Part shown: positions 36,681-47,016 of the stretch, in pieces
How positions within the stretch are numbered: the stretch's first letter is position 1
How the letters are laid out: every line of letters begins with the position of its first letter
Source: Chloroflexota bacterium
Lineage (GTDB): Bacteria > Chloroflexota > Dehalococcoidia > Bin125
DNA: 64,000 nt
Assembly (NCBI GenBank): GCA_028874365.1
Contig: JAPPJZ010000061.1
Location: forward strand, 2,352 to 66,351
Direction of reading: 5' to 3'
Made by a program: the position numbers and the translations under genes
The notes under the pieces: model-generated
What the model was told of the DNA's origin: nothing
Seen by the model: only the letters and a program-made list of their open reading frames with translations
The model's database searches: none

Positions 36681-37328
36681 GTGAACCGCCTTCGATTCCT
36701 CGTCGCACTTCTGTTGCTGGTGGTGTTGTTCGCCGCTTGCGAGAGCGAAGCGGCTCCGACGGAGATTCCGGAAGCGGTCCGCGAGACGGAACCGAACATG
36801 GTCAGCGAGGACATCCCTGTCGAAGCGCTGCCCGACCCGTTGCCGGCGCCGTACCTGTTCGTCGACGAGGTGACCGAAGAGCGGGCGCCGATCACCGAGA
36901 CGATCTACGTGGTCCAGCCGGGCGACACGCTGGCGAACATCGCCACTCGCTTCTGCCTCACGGTGGAGGAGGTCCAACGGCTGAACAACATCGTCGACGT
37001 GGACGCGCTCGACGTCGGTCAGGAGCTGCGCATCCCGATCCGCGAAGGGGGTTGCGGCGCCGCGGACCCCGAAGCCACGAGTGACGAGGACGTGTCGGAC
37101 GAGCCGCAGCGTTTGCCCGGTGAAATCTACATCGTGCAGGAGGGCGACACGCTGGCCGACATCGCTTTCGCGCACGGATTCACCTGGGTCGACCTGATGA
37201 ACTACAACGGCCTGACCGAGGAGCAGGCGGGCAACCTGCAGATCGGGCAGGCGTTGATCATTCCGCCGCCAGCCGAGGAGGCGGAAGAGGAAGCTGAGCA
37301 GTCCGGTCCGACGGAGCCGCCGGGATAG
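36681..37328 (+). CDS. Lipoprotein with two LysM peptidoglycan-binding domains
   Basis: Signal/lipobox LLLVVLFAAC. LysM 1: YVVQPGDTLANIATRF...LNNI. LysM 2: YIVQEGDTLADIAFAHGFTWVDLMNYNGL. Start taken at GTG 36681. Confidence 0.7.
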   Translation: MNRLRFLVALLLLVVLFAACESEAAPTEIPEAVRETEPNMVSEDIPVEALPDPLPAPYLFVDEVTEERAPITETIYVVQPGDTLANIATRFCLTVEEVQRLNNIVDVDALDVGQELRIPIREGGCGAADPEATSDEDVSDEPQRLPGEIYIVQEGDTLADIAFAHGFTWVDLMNYNGLTEEQAGNLQIGQALIIPPPAEEAEEEAEQSGPTEPPG

Positions 37329-37448
37329 GGCTCGGAGACAGTTCGACCGTGTTCTCGATTGATTGTCCGCGCTATACCCCTGTAGTAGCCTCAACCACTG
37401 CGAGGCGGCGACGAATCGGGTCCGTCTGGACCGGTTGACGGGTGATAC

Positions 37449-39047
37449 ATGGTCTCAGAACCTGCTCAGCAACCTTCGCAGCAACCTGCGCAGAGGGGGA
37501 TTGATTTCCTGCTGCAGGAAGTCGCCGAACGCCGACTGAACGGGAACGCTCAGGAATCCCGCTCCGCCGCACTCGAACGCCAGCACGGCCGCGGCAAGCT
37601 CAGCGCCCGCGAGCGCCTCGACATCCTCTTTGACGCGGGATCCTTCACCGAGATCGATCCATTTGTCAAGCATCGTGGGACCGGGTTCGGTCTTGAGAAC
37701 AACCGACCCGAGGGCGATGCTGTGGTCGTCGGCCACGGCACCGTGGACGGTCGAACGGTCTTTGCCTACGCCCAGGACTTCACGCTCTACGGCGGCTCAG
37801 TCTCGGAAGCAGCGGCCGAGAAGATCGTCAAGATCCAGGACCTTTCGATGAAGGTCGGCGCGCCGATCGTTGCGATCAACGACGGCGGCGGCGCTCGGAT
37901 CCAGGAAGGCGTGACCTCACTGCGCGGCTACGGCGAGATTTTCCTGCGCAACACGCTCTCCTCCGGCCTGGTGCCGCAGATCGCGGTCTGTGCGGGACCG
38001 GCTGCAGGCGGCGGCGTCTATTCGCCGGCGATCATGGACTTCATCTTCATGGTCCAGGGAACGGGCCAGATGTACATCACCGGCCCCGACGTGATCAGGG
38101 CGGTTTCGGGCGAGGAGGTCACCCACGAGGAGCTGGGCGGGGCAATGACCCACGCCACCAAGACCGGTGTCGCCCATTTCTGCATTCCTGGCGAGGAGGC
38201 CACGCTGAACAGCGTGCGCCAACTCCTGACGTTCCTGCCTCAGAACAACATGGAGGACCCGCGCTGGACCGATACCGGGGATTCGCCGGAGCGTAAGCTC
38301 GACAGTCTCGTCGACATCGTGCCCGCCGACTCCACGCGCCCGTACGACATTCGTACCGTGATCCGCGAACTCGTCGACAACGGCCAGTTCATGGAGATCC
38401 AGGCCCAGTGGGCCCGCAACGTGGCGATTGGCTTCGCTCACATGGGCGGGTACGGCGTTGGCATCGTCGCCAACGACCCGGACACGCTCGCCGGCGTGCT
38501 CGACATCGACGCCTCGCGCAAGGCGGCCCGTTTCGTTCGCTTCTGCGACTGCTTCAACATCCCGATCGTCACGCTCGTCGACGTTCCGGGATTTCTGCCG
38601 GGGACTCAACAGGAATACGGCGGGATTATCGCCCACGGCGCCAAGCTGCTGTACGCCTACGCGGAGGCGACGGTGCCCAAGGTCGCTGTCACGCTGCGCA
38701 AGTCAATCGGCGGCGCGTACGTCGTGATGAGCAGCAAGCACCTGCGCTCCGACGTCAACCTCGCCTGGCCCACGGCGCAGATCGCGGTGACCGGCTCCGA
38801 CGGCGCAGTCAACATCATTCATCGCCGCCGAATTGCGGCCGCAGACGACCCGGACGCCGAACGTGCGCTGGCCATCTCCGAGTATGAAGCCGAGTTTTAC
38901 CGGCCGTACCAGGCGGCGGAACTCGGCTTCGTCGACGACATCATTCATCCGCGCGAGACCCGAACAGCCATCTTCCGCGCGCTCGATATGCTCGCAGACA
39001 AGGTCGACACCTCGCCGCCCAAGAAGCATGGGAACATCCCCCTCTGA
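37449..39047 (+). CDS. Acyl-CoA carboxylase carboxyltransferase (beta) subunit, propionyl/methylmalonyl-CoA type
   Basis: RERLDILFDAGSFTEIDPFVKHR, GGSVSEAAAEKIVKIQDLSMKVGAPIVAINDGGGARIQEG; two crotonase-like CT halves. Confidence 0.9.
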   Translation: MVSEPAQQPSQQPAQRGIDFLLQEVAERRLNGNAQESRSAALERQHGRGKLSARERLDILFDAGSFTEIDPFVKHRGTGFGLENNRPEGDAVVVGHGTVDGRTVFAYAQDFTLYGGSVSEAAAEKIVKIQDLSMKVGAPIVAINDGGGARIQEGVTSLRGYGEIFLRNTLSSGLVPQIAVCAGPAAGGGVYSPAIMDFIFMVQGTGQMYITGPDVIRAVSGEEVTHEELGGAMTHATKTGVAHFCIPGEEATLNSVRQLLTFLPQNNMEDPRWTDTGDSPERKLDSLVDIVPADSTRPYDIRTVIRELVDNGQFMEIQAQWARNVAIGFAHMGGYGVGIVANDPDTLAGVLDIDASRKAARFVRFCDCFNIPIVTLVDVPGFLPGTQQEYGGIIAHGAKLLYAYAEATVPKVAVTLRKSIGGAYVVMSSKHLRSDVNLAWPTAQIAVTGSDGAVNIIHRRRIAAADDPDAERALAISEYEAEFYRPYQAAELGFVDDIIHPRETRTAIFRALDMLADKVDTSPPKKHGNIPL

Positions 39048-39101
39048 GCAACGCTTCTCCGGTCCCCACATCCGGTAGTCAGCACCGAACTGGATCCCGC
39101 C

Positions 39102-41369
39102 ATGGCTATTGAACCCGACGCTCTGCAGCGCATCGACGCCGCGTACGCCACGCTCCGCGACGGCATCGCAGTCGGACGGGAACGAATCGACCGCCCGCTC
39201 ACGCTGACCGAGAAGATCCTGTTCGGTCACTTCGTCGACCCCCAGAATCAACCGATCGAGCGCGGTGTCGATCACGCCTCGCTGCAGCCGGACCGGGTCG
39301 CATTGCAGGACGCCACAGCGCAGATGGCGCTGCTCCAGTTCGAACTGGCAGGACTGCAACGAGTCGTCGTGCCGACGACCGTGCACTGCGACCACCTGAT
39401 CCAGGCCCGGGTCGGCGCGGATACCGACCTCCAGGTCGCCGTGACCGAGAACGAAGAGGTCTACGAGTTCTTGCGGAGCGCCGCCGCGCGCTACGGCGCG
39501 GGTTTCTGGAAACCGGGTTCGGGCATCATCCACCAGGTCGTGTTCGAGAACTACGCCTTCCCCGGCGGCATGATGATCGGCACCGACTCGCACACGCCCA
39601 ACGCGGGCGGCATGGGCATGATCGCGATCGGCGTCGGCGGCGCGGATGCGGTCGACGTGATGGCGGGTCTCGGCTGGGGCGTGACGATGCCCAAGCTAAT
39701 CGGCGTCTACCTGACCGGCGAACTCGACGGCTGGACCGCGCCCAAGGACGTCATCCTGCGCGTCGCCGACGAACTCACGGTCAAGGGCGGCACCGGCGCG
39801 ATCGTCGAGTACTTCGGACCTGGTCTCGACTCGATGAGCGCCACCGGTCGCGGCACCGTGACCAACATGGGCGCCGAAATCGGCGCGACGACGTCGCTCT
39901 TCCCCTTCGACGCGCGCACCGCGGACTACCTGCGCAGCACCGGGCGCGCCGAGATCGCAGAGCTGGCGGAGGCCAACGCGGAGCACCTGCGTGCCGACGA
40001 CGGTGTCGCCGAAGCCCGCCACGAAATCTTCGACCGGGTGATCGAAATCAATCTGAGCGAACTCGAACCCGCCTGGGTCGGGCCGCACACGCCCGATCTG
40101 CGCAACACCGTCGCCGAGATTCGCGGATTCATGGAGTCCGAGGCATACCCGCTCAACGTCACCAACGCGCTGATCGGCTCCTGCACCAACTCCTCCTACG
40201 AGGACATGAGTCGCGCCGCCCACATCGCACGCCAGGCAGCGGAGGCCGGCCTCGAGTTGCGCGCGCCGCTGCTCGTCACGCCCGGCTCCGAACAGATCCG
40301 GGCAACCATTCAGCGCGACGGTCAGATCGAAGCCTTCGAGTCCGCCGGCGCGACCGTGCTCGCCAACGCCTGCGGTCCGTGCATCGGACAGTGGAAGCGC
40401 GAGGACATCGAGGGCGACGAGCAGAACACGATCGTCACCTCGTTCAACCGCAACTTCCCCGGCCGCAACGACGCCAATCGCAACACGCTCGCCTTCATCG
40501 GCTCGCCTGAACTGGTCGTCGCCACCGCCTTCGCGGGCGAGATGGGTTTCGACCCCCGCTCCGACGCCATCGCCACGGGCAGCGGTGAGTTCCGCTTCTC
40601 GCCCCCCACCGGCGATGAACTGCCAACGGATGGCTTCGACTCGGGCGACGAAGGATTCATCGCTCCGCCCGAGGATGGCAGCGGCGTCGACGTCATCGTC
40701 AGCCCCGAAAGCGATCGTCTCCAGCGTCTGACGCCGTTCGCCACTTGGGACGGCAACGACTACACCTTCATGTCGCTGCTGCTCAAGACCCAGGGCAAGA
40801 CGACCACCGACCACATCTCGCCTGCAGGATCCTGGTTGCGCTTCCGAGGCCACCTCGAGAACATCTCCGGCAACCTCTTCAGCGGCGGGGTCAACGCCTT
40901 CAGCGGAGACACCGGCACGACGTTGAACCAGATCACCGGTCAGGACGATCAGTCGGTCAGCGAAGTCGCGCGCGCCTACAAGGACGCCGGCATCCGCTGG
41001 GTGGCGGTCGGTGACGAGAACTACGGGGAAGGCTCCAGCCGAGAGCACGCCTCAATGGAAATCCGCTGGAGCGGCGGCTACGTCGTGATCGCCCGCTCCT
41101 TCGCCCGAATCGCCGAGACCAACCTGAAGAAACAGGGCATCCTCGCGCTGACCTTTAGCGACCCGGCGGATTACGACCTCGTTGGACAGCTCGACCGATT
41201 GAGCGTGCTGGGATTGTCCGACTTCGCTCCTGGCCGGCCGCTGACACTGCGCATCGACCACGTGGACGGTTCGTCGGACGAGGTGTCGGTCAACCACAGC
41301 TACACCGACGAGCAAATCACCTGGTTCGAGGCCGGCAGCGCGCTGAACAAGATCGCCGCCTCGCAGTAG
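39102..41369 (+). CDS. acn: Aconitate hydratase (mitochondrial/AcnA-short type, ~755 aa)
   Basis: LTLTEKILFGHF, IHQVVFENYAFPGGMMIGTDSHTPNAGGMG, [4Fe-4S] ligand context SCTNSSYEDM / NACGPCIGQW, C-terminal swivel domain. Confidence 0.9.
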   Translation: MAIEPDALQRIDAAYATLRDGIAVGRERIDRPLTLTEKILFGHFVDPQNQPIERGVDHASLQPDRVALQDATAQMALLQFELAGLQRVVVPTTVHCDHLIQARVGADTDLQVAVTENEEVYEFLRSAAARYGAGFWKPGSGIIHQVVFENYAFPGGMMIGTDSHTPNAGGMGMIAIGVGGADAVDVMAGLGWGVTMPKLIGVYLTGELDGWTAPKDVILRVADELTVKGGTGAIVEYFGPGLDSMSATGRGTVTNMGAEIGATTSLFPFDARTADYLRSTGRAEIAELAEANAEHLRADDGVAEARHEIFDRVIEINLSELEPAWVGPHTPDLRNTVAEIRGFMESEAYPLNVTNALIGSCTNSSYEDMSRAAHIARQAAEAGLELRAPLLVTPGSEQIRATIQRDGQIEAFESAGATVLANACGPCIGQWKREDIEGDEQNTIVTSFNRNFPGRNDANRNTLAFIGSPELVVATAFAGEMGFDPRSDAIATGSGEFRFSPPTGDELPTDGFDSGDEGFIAPPEDGSGVDVIVSPESDRLQRLTPFATWDGNDYTFMSLLLKTQGKTTTDHISPAGSWLRFRGHLENISGNLFSGGVNAFSGDTGTTLNQITGQDDQSVSEVARAYKDAGIRWVAVGDENYGEGSSREHASMEIRWSGGYVVIARSFARIAETNLKKQGILALTFSDPADYDLVGQLDRLSVLGLSDFAPGRPLTLRIDHVDGSSDEVSVNHSYTDEQITWFEAGSALNKIAASQ

Positions 41370-41490
41370 GTTCGCCCGCCGCCTCCGCCATTCACGTGGC
41401 AGACTCAAAGCCTGCCATCGGATAACAATTGATCTGACCCCGACATCGATCCCGCGGGTGTGGCTGCCCGTGTCCTGAAAGGTCCGAATC

Positions 41491-42438
41491 ATGCGAACGA
41501 AGGTGACCGTCATCGGAGCCGGAAACGTCGGCGCGACCACCGCTCAGCGGCTCGCAGAGCGCGGTTACGCCGACATCGTCCTGGTTGACATCGTCGACGG
41601 CCTGCCGCAGGGCAAGGCCCTCGATATGTACGAAGCGTCCCCGGTCATCGGCGTCGATTCCTGCATCACCGGCGCCACCGACTACGGTCCGACCGCCGAC
41701 TCCGACATCATCGTGATCACCTCTGGTGTGGCCCGCAAGCCCGGTATGTCCCGCGACGACCTGCTGCAAATCAACATGGGAATCGTCGATTCGGTGACTC
41801 GCGCCGCGATCGCCGAATCGCCTGACGCCACGATCGTCGTCGTCTCCAACCCGCTCGACGCGATGTGTCACGTCGCCTTCGACGCGGCTGATATTCCCAG
41901 CTCCCGCGTCATCGGTATGGCCGGCATCCTCGACACCGCGCGCTACCGCTCGTTCCTCGCTGAGGCGATCAACGTCTCGGTCGAGGACATCAACGCTTTC
42001 GTCCTCGGCGGCCACGGTGACACCATGGTGCCGCTCGCCTCGTACACCACCGCCGCCGGCATCCCGATCACCAAGCTGCTGCCACAGGACCAGCTCGACC
42101 AGATCATCCAGCGCACTCGCGACGGCGGCGCCGAGATCGTCAACCTGCTCAAGACCGGTTCCGCCTTCTACGCTCCGTCTGCCGCGGTGGCGCAGATGGT
42201 CGACGCGATCGCGCTCGACAAGCGCCGCATCCTACCGTGCGCAGCGCGCCTTGAAGGCGAGTACGGCGTCGACGGCCTGTTCATCGGGGTGCCGGTAATC
42301 CTCGGGCGAAACGGGATTGAGCAGATCCTCGAGATCAACCTCACCGACGATGAACAGGCCCAGCTCAAGTACTCCGCCGACGCCGTCCAGGGACTCGTCG
42401 ACGACATGGCCCGGCTCAGTCAGAACAACGGCGGCTAG
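41491..42438 (+). CDS. mdh: Malate dehydrogenase (LDH-like, NAD-dependent)
   Basis: [31 protein letters not shown]..., [26 protein letters not shown]. Confidence 0.9.
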   Translation: MRTKVTVIGAGNVGATTAQRLAERGYADIVLVDIVDGLPQGKALDMYEASPVIGVDSCITGATDYGPTADSDIIVITSGVARKPGMSRDDLLQINMGIVDSVTRAAIAESPDATIVVVSNPLDAMCHVAFDAADIPSSRVIGMAGILDTARYRSFLAEAINVSVEDINAFVLGGHGDTMVPLASYTTAAGIPITKLLPQDQLDQIIQRTRDGGAEIVNLLKTGSAFYAPSAAVAQMVDAIALDKRRILPCAARLEGEYGVDGLFIGVPVILGRNGIEQILEINLTDDEQAQLKYSADAVQGLVDDMARLSQNNGG

Positions 42439-42500
42439 ATTCGTACACATCCGAACAGGACCGAACGCTGAGAGCACCGAGACCCAGCTGAGGACTGAAC

Positions 42501-43889
42501 ATGAGCCAGATCAGAGTCGAATCCGACACGATGGGAACGATCGAGGTTCCCGCTGACCGTTACTGGGGGGCGCAAACGCAGCGATCCCTGGAGAACTTCA
42601 AGATCGGCGGCGAGCGCATGCCGCGTTCGATCCTCCGGGCGATGGGCATCGTTAAGCACGCCTCGGCCAGTGCGAACCAGAAGCTGGGACGGCTGGACGC
42701 GGATCTCGCCGACGCCATCCGCTCCGCCGGCCAGCAAGTGATCGAGGGCGAACTCGACGACCACTTCCCGCTCGTCGTCTGGCAGACCGGTTCCGGCACT
42801 CAGTCGAACATGAACGCCAACGAGGTCATCTCGAACCGCGCGATCGAGATTCTGGGCGGCGAGATCGGCTCCAAGTCGCCGGTCCACCCCAACGACCACG
42901 TCAACATGTCGCAGTCGTCCAACGACGTCTTCCCCGGCGCGATGGCGATCGCCACCGCTGAACAGACCGTTCATCACCTGATTCCCAGCCTGCGCTATCT
43001 GCACGACGCCCTCCAGGCCAAGGCCGAAGAGTGGTCGGAGACCGTCAAGATCGGCCGCACCCACTTCATGGACGCCGTCCCGTTGACCCTCGGTCAGGAG
43101 TTCAGCGGCTACGTCCAGCAAGTCGCCTACGGCATCGCCCGCGCCGAGCAGACGCTGCCGCGCCTGTACGAACTGGCCCTGGGCGGTACCGCCGTCGGCA
43201 CTGGCATCAACTCGCATCCCGACTACGCCGTCAAGGTCGCCGATGAAATCGCCGACTTCACCGGTCTGCCCTTTGTCACCGCGCCGAACAAGTTCGAGGC
43301 GCTTGCGGCGCACGACGCGCAGGTGGAACTCGCCGGCGTGCTCAACACGATCGCCGTCTCGCTGATGAAGATTGCGAACGACGTGCGCATGCTCGGCTCC
43401 GGTCCGCGCGCCGGTCTCGGCGAGCTCGTCTTGCCCGCCAACGAGCCCGGATCTTCAATCATGCCCGGCAAGGTCAACCCGACCCAGTCCGAGGCGCTGA
43501 CGATGGTCTGCGCCCAGGTGATGGGCAACGCGGTCGCAGTCTCGGTCGGCGGCTCCAACGGCCACTTTGAACTGAACGTGTTCAAGCCCGTGATGGCCTT
43601 CAACAACCTGCAGAGCATCAAGCTGCTCGGAGACGCCGCCGTTTCCTTTACGGACAACTGCGTTGTCGGCATCGAGCCGAACTACGGCCGCATCGACGAG
43701 CTGATGCGCTCGTCGCTGATGCTGGTCACGGCGCTCAACCCGCACATCGGCTACGACAACGCCGCCGCGATCGCCAAGAAGGCCCACGCCGACAACGGCA
43801 CCCTGCTCTCCGCGGGCCTCGAACTCGGTCTCCTCACCGAAGACCAGTTCGCCGAGTGGGTCCGGCCCGAGGAAATGACCAGACCGTAG
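42501..43889 (+). CDS. fumC: Fumarate hydratase class II
   Basis: [41 protein letters not shown] and [16 protein letters not shown] signature. Confidence 0.95.
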   Translation: MSQIRVESDTMGTIEVPADRYWGAQTQRSLENFKIGGERMPRSILRAMGIVKHASASANQKLGRLDADLADAIRSAGQQVIEGELDDHFPLVVWQTGSGTQSNMNANEVISNRAIEILGGEIGSKSPVHPNDHVNMSQSSNDVFPGAMAIATAEQTVHHLIPSLRYLHDALQAKAEEWSETVKIGRTHFMDAVPLTLGQEFSGYVQQVAYGIARAEQTLPRLYELALGGTAVGTGINSHPDYAVKVADEIADFTGLPFVTAPNKFEALAAHDAQVELAGVLNTIAVSLMKIANDVRMLGSGPRAGLGELVLPANEPGSSIMPGKVNPTQSEALTMVCAQVMGNAVAVSVGGSNGHFELNVFKPVMAFNNLQSIKLLGDAAVSFTDNCVVGIEPNYGRIDELMRSSLMLVTALNPHIGYDNAAAIAKKAHADNGTLLSAGLELGLLTEDQFAEWVRPEEMTRP

Positions 43890-43928
43890 TTAGACTGCCG
43901 ACACCGCCAACCAGGAATCGGAGCACCC

Positions 43929-44408
43929 ATGCCCAGCCGACGCAACATGATCGCCATGACTGACGAGGAAGCCAAGGAGTTCATCGAAACCGGCTGGACC
44001 CTCCAGGTCGCCTCCAACGGCAACAACGGATTCCCGCACCTCGTCGCCATGTGGTACGGCGTGATCGACGACAAGATCCACTTCACCACCTACGCCAAGG
44101 CGCAGAAGGTGCTCAATCTCAAGCGCGACCCACGGATTACGGTGATGCTCGAGTCCGGTGTCGAGTACTCGAAGATCAAGGGGCTCGTGATCGAGGGCGA
44201 AGCCGACGTGATCGAGAACGACCCGCAGCTCGTGATGGCCGTCCAGGACGCCACCGGCGAGAAGCGCAACCCCAACGCCCAGGGCCGATCCTCAACCCCC
44301 ATGGACGACGAACAACGCGTCCGCCAGGCCTCAAAGCGTGCGGTCGTCCGAATCAATCCCACCCGCGTCTACAGCTGGGACCACGAAAAGCTCGGCGGCG
44401 TCTACTGA
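43929..44408 (+). CDS. PPOX-class (pyridoxamine 5'-phosphate oxidase-like split barrel) probable F420-dependent protein
   Basis: GFPHLVAMWYGVIDDKIHFTTYAKAQKVLNLKRDPRITVMLE...IKGLVIEGEADVIEND is the typical PPOX-class F420-dependent core. Confidence 0.7.
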   Translation: MPSRRNMIAMTDEEAKEFIETGWTLQVASNGNNGFPHLVAMWYGVIDDKIHFTTYAKAQKVLNLKRDPRITVMLESGVEYSKIKGLVIEGEADVIENDPQLVMAVQDATGEKRNPNAQGRSSTPMDDEQRVRQASKRAVVRINPTRVYSWDHEKLGGVY

Positions 44409-44600
44409 CGCCGTTGCGCCTGGCTACAATGACCTCACAGTCAGGCGGAGGGATCCGTATGGCAACTGCCAAACCAGCGGACGACCGGCAGACCAATACG
44501 CGCCCGCCAGAGACGGAGCCGGAGCCCCTCCGTCTGTATGGCGTGGAACCGCCTTGGACGCTCTTCTTCATCGCGCGGGACTGGTGGCGAGAGCGGAAAG

Positions 44601-45077
44601 CTAGACAGCAAGAATCGCAGCCACCGCAATAGCAATCGCAGTTGCCCCCGTCAGCAGCAACGCAGCGCCAACGAGCGCCGACTTGACGCGGAGCAGCATC
44701 CTGCTCCGGCGCTCTGCTGCCCATAACTCTCCAGCAGCACCCTGCAACGCACTGGCCTCATCCTCCCCCGCGGTCGCGCGAGACATTGCCGATGGCGAGG
44801 GAATGACGTCAGAGCGACCGATCAGCAACGCGGCCGTTGACACCACGATGTTTGCGATAAACAGGGCCGCTGCCGCCGTCACTGCGGCTACGACTCCGCC
44901 CTGCTCAACCGGCGCAGCAAAGATCAACGCCGACCCCAGCAGGGCAATCATCGCCGCACTCAGAGCGAAGGCACTGCCCAACTTCGAGTCCAACGACCTG
45001 CCATATTCGATTTGCTCCTGCAGACGCCACAGCGCGGTCTCGTAGGTCAACCGCGCCCCCGAAACGTCATCAGCCAT
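44601..45077 (-). CDS. Hypothetical small membrane protein (3 TM), translationally coupled to upstream cupin gene
   Basis: ATG 45077 (MADDVSGARLTYETALW) overlaps the cupin TGA by ATGA. Helices AFALSAAMIALLGSALIFAA / VVAAVTAAAALFIANIVVSTAALLIG / ALVGAALLLTGATAIAIAVAAILAV. The 301-aa ORF in the track is a read-through of this frame across the cupin gene. Confidence 0.5.
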   Translation of the reverse strand: MADDVSGARLTYETALWRLQEQIEYGRSLDSKLGSAFALSAAMIALLGSALIFAAPVEQGGVVAAVTAAAALFIANIVVSTAALLIGRSDVIPSPSAMSRATAGEDEASALQGAAGELWAAERRSRMLLRVKSALVGAALLLTGATAIAIAVAAILAV

Positions 45078-45382
45078 CACCCCACTCCGGCCCCGTGCTC
45101 CCCACCCTCCGGGCCGTAGAAGACCACCCAGACCGCCAGGTCGTCGCTGAAATCCTCGAACCGATGGCGCGCGCCGGCGCCGACGAAGAAGGTGTCCCCC
45201 GGACCGCACTCCATGCGCTCCTCGCCGAGAGCGAAGACGCCGGTGCCCGAGGCGACGATGTACACCTCGTCCTGATCGTGCGGTGACTGCTTGTCCACCT
45301 CTTGCGGTGTGTACAGGCCAACCGACATCGTCCCGTGACGCAGCACTTCCTGGTACTCGCCGACCGTGACCCGCTTCGCCAT
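45077..45382 (-). CDS. Cupin-2 domain protein
   Basis: Small beta-barrel motifs DEVYIVASGTGVFALGEERMECGPGDTFFVGAGARHRF; 101 aa. Confidence 0.7.
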   Translation of the reverse strand: MAKRVTVGEYQEVLRHGTMSVGLYTPQEVDKQSPHDQDEVYIVASGTGVFALGEERMECGPGDTFFVGAGARHRFEDFSDDLAVWVVFYGPEGGEHGAGVG

Positions 45383-45435
45383 GATGGACTCCTCGCCCTG
45401 AGCTCAGGATATGCTCAGCAGGCATCCAGACCAGC

Positions 45436-45978
45436 ATGAGGACCGAGGACATGGCGCTCTCGCAGATTGAAGTGATCCAGGAAGGCCTCGACGGCATGCA
45501 CGCCATGCTCGACCGGGCCGTCCCCGATATGACAGCCGAGCAGTGGAACGCCCGACCTGCCGACGAAGGCGTCAGCGCGTTCTTCTCGCTCTGGCATTAC
45601 GTCCGCACCGAGGACAATATCGTCAACTGGGTCGTGCATCGCCGTCCGACGGTCTGGCTCAACGGCGAGTGGGACCAGCACTTCGGCCTGCACCGCACGT
45701 CTCAGGGAACGGGCATGACCAAAGCGGAAGCCGACGCGGTGCTGCTCAACGACGTCGACGCCTGGCTCTCCTACCAGCAAGGAGTCTGGGTCGTCACGCG
45801 CGAATGGGTTGCAACGTTGACCGAGAGTGACCTCTCCGAGGAGATCATCATCCGTCCGACGCCGCCCATGTCGATCTGGCAAGCGCTGACCGGCATGCTG
45901 CTTTACCACGGTTTCCGACACGTGGGCGAAGTCGAACACGCCCGCGGCCTGCTCGGACTTGGTGGTCTGACCATCTGA
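45436..45978 (+). CDS. DinB/YfiT-like (DinB_2 superfamily, four-helix metal-binding) protein
   Basis: N-terminus (EGLDGMHAMLDRAVPDMTAEQWNARP...SAFFSLWHYVRTEDNI) and the C-terminal HxxxH context resemble DinB_2 / mycothiol-dependent isomerase N-terminal domains. An alternative start is 45451. Confidence 0.6.
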   Translation: MRTEDMALSQIEVIQEGLDGMHAMLDRAVPDMTAEQWNARPADEGVSAFFSLWHYVRTEDNIVNWVVHRRPTVWLNGEWDQHFGLHRTSQGTGMTKAEADAVLLNDVDAWLSYQQGVWVVTREWVATLTESDLSEEIIIRPTPPMSIWQALTGMLLYHGFRHVGEVEHARGLLGLGGLTI

Positions 45979-45982
45979 TTCG

Positions 45983-46918
45983 TTAGAACACGGCGATCGG
46001 ATTGACCGGCGACCCTGTTCCGCCCTGGATGTTCAGCGGCAAAACGCAGAGCAACATCTCGTATCGTCCCTCTTCCGCGCACGCTTCGGCCAGCGGCTGC
46101 AGCAGCGCGTTGTCCAACAGGACGACGCCAAAGCTGTAAATCACCCCGTGCACCGGCCAGGCAAGGCCATACTCGCTCGGACGATGGTCCATCATGTCCC
46201 AGCCCAGCATCGAGACGTCCTTGTCGCGGATGAAGATGCTGCAGGACGCGTGCAATCCGGGCGAAGGCGGACTACCGAAGAAGTCGTCGGGGTGGTCGGC
46301 CTGGTAGGCCTCGCGACCGGAGTAGACAAGCAGCGCGTCGCCCGGCTCGACGGTGACGCCCAGTGCATCAGCAATGTCCTGCAGCTCGGCGCCCATGACC
46401 GGCCGATCGTAGGTGACGTACGGTTCGCCGCGGAACCTGGGCACATCAAGCAGCACGGCCCTGGTGAAGATGCCCTGATTCCAGGCGGTGACGTCGGCGA
46501 ACGTGGCGCCCGTCGAAGAGTCAATCGCCTCGTTGGGATCGCGACCCTGCCAGATTCCGTCTGAGTCCCAAATGTGGCACAGGGCATCCACATGGGTGAA
46601 TGTGTGGCCGTGATAGATGAAGCCGTAGTAGTCGACGACTGCGCCGTCGCCCTCGTCGCCGCGATCAAATGTCCGCATGAAGTGCTGGGCCGGCGTGGGA
46701 TTGAGCGACGACGGATCCTTGGGATAGGGACGTGAGAGCGACACGGTCCTGCCGTTCTGCACCGAAGCCAGCGCACTCAGTCGCTTCTCGACTGTGATCA
46801 GGTTGACTGCGCCGACCGCGTCGTCGTCTCCCCAACGACCCCAGTTGCGACGCTCTTTGAAGTTGTGCATGATCGCGTCGCGGCTGGGCGACGGGTACCG
46901 CTTGCTGTGGTTGGACAT
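45983..46918 (-). CDS. Cyclase-family protein (kynurenine formamidase-like metal hydrolase)
   Basis: HGHTFTHVDALCH (HxGTHxDxPxH-type motif), 311 aa. Confidence 0.8.
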   Translation of the reverse strand: MSNHSKRYPSPSRDAIMHNFKERRNWGRWGDDDAVGAVNLITVEKRLSALASVQNGRTVSLSRPYPKDPSSLNPTPAQHFMRTFDRGDEGDGAVVDYYGFIYHGHTFTHVDALCHIWDSDGIWQGRDPNEAIDSSTGATFADVTAWNQGIFTRAVLLDVPRFRGEPYVTYDRPVMGAELQDIADALGVTVEPGDALLVYSGREAYQADHPDDFFGSPPSPGLHASCSIFIRDKDVSMLGWDMMDHRPSEYGLAWPVHGVIYSFGVVLLDNALLQPLAEACAEEGRYEMLLCVLPLNIQGGTGSPVNPIAVF

Positions 46919-47016
46919 GGTGCTTCCCTCCCAGGATCCTGATCGATCCCAGCGAAGATAGCGTCAGGCGATATCCTCAATCGCGAACCGTTTCAGGCCA
47001 ATGGACAGGACACAGG

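Noticed and set aside
41370-41490. Hairpin GTGGCAG-N9-CTGCCAT after aconitase as terminator
   Set aside because: The 6/7-bp stem is imperfect and no T-tract follows. Weak; not reported as a feature.
44601-45506. 301-aa minus-strand ORF spanning the cupin gene
   Set aside because: It is chimeric. Only its last 158 codons (from ATG 45077, overlapping the cupin TGA) form a coherent 3-TM protein. The upstream part is an alternate frame of the cupin gene.
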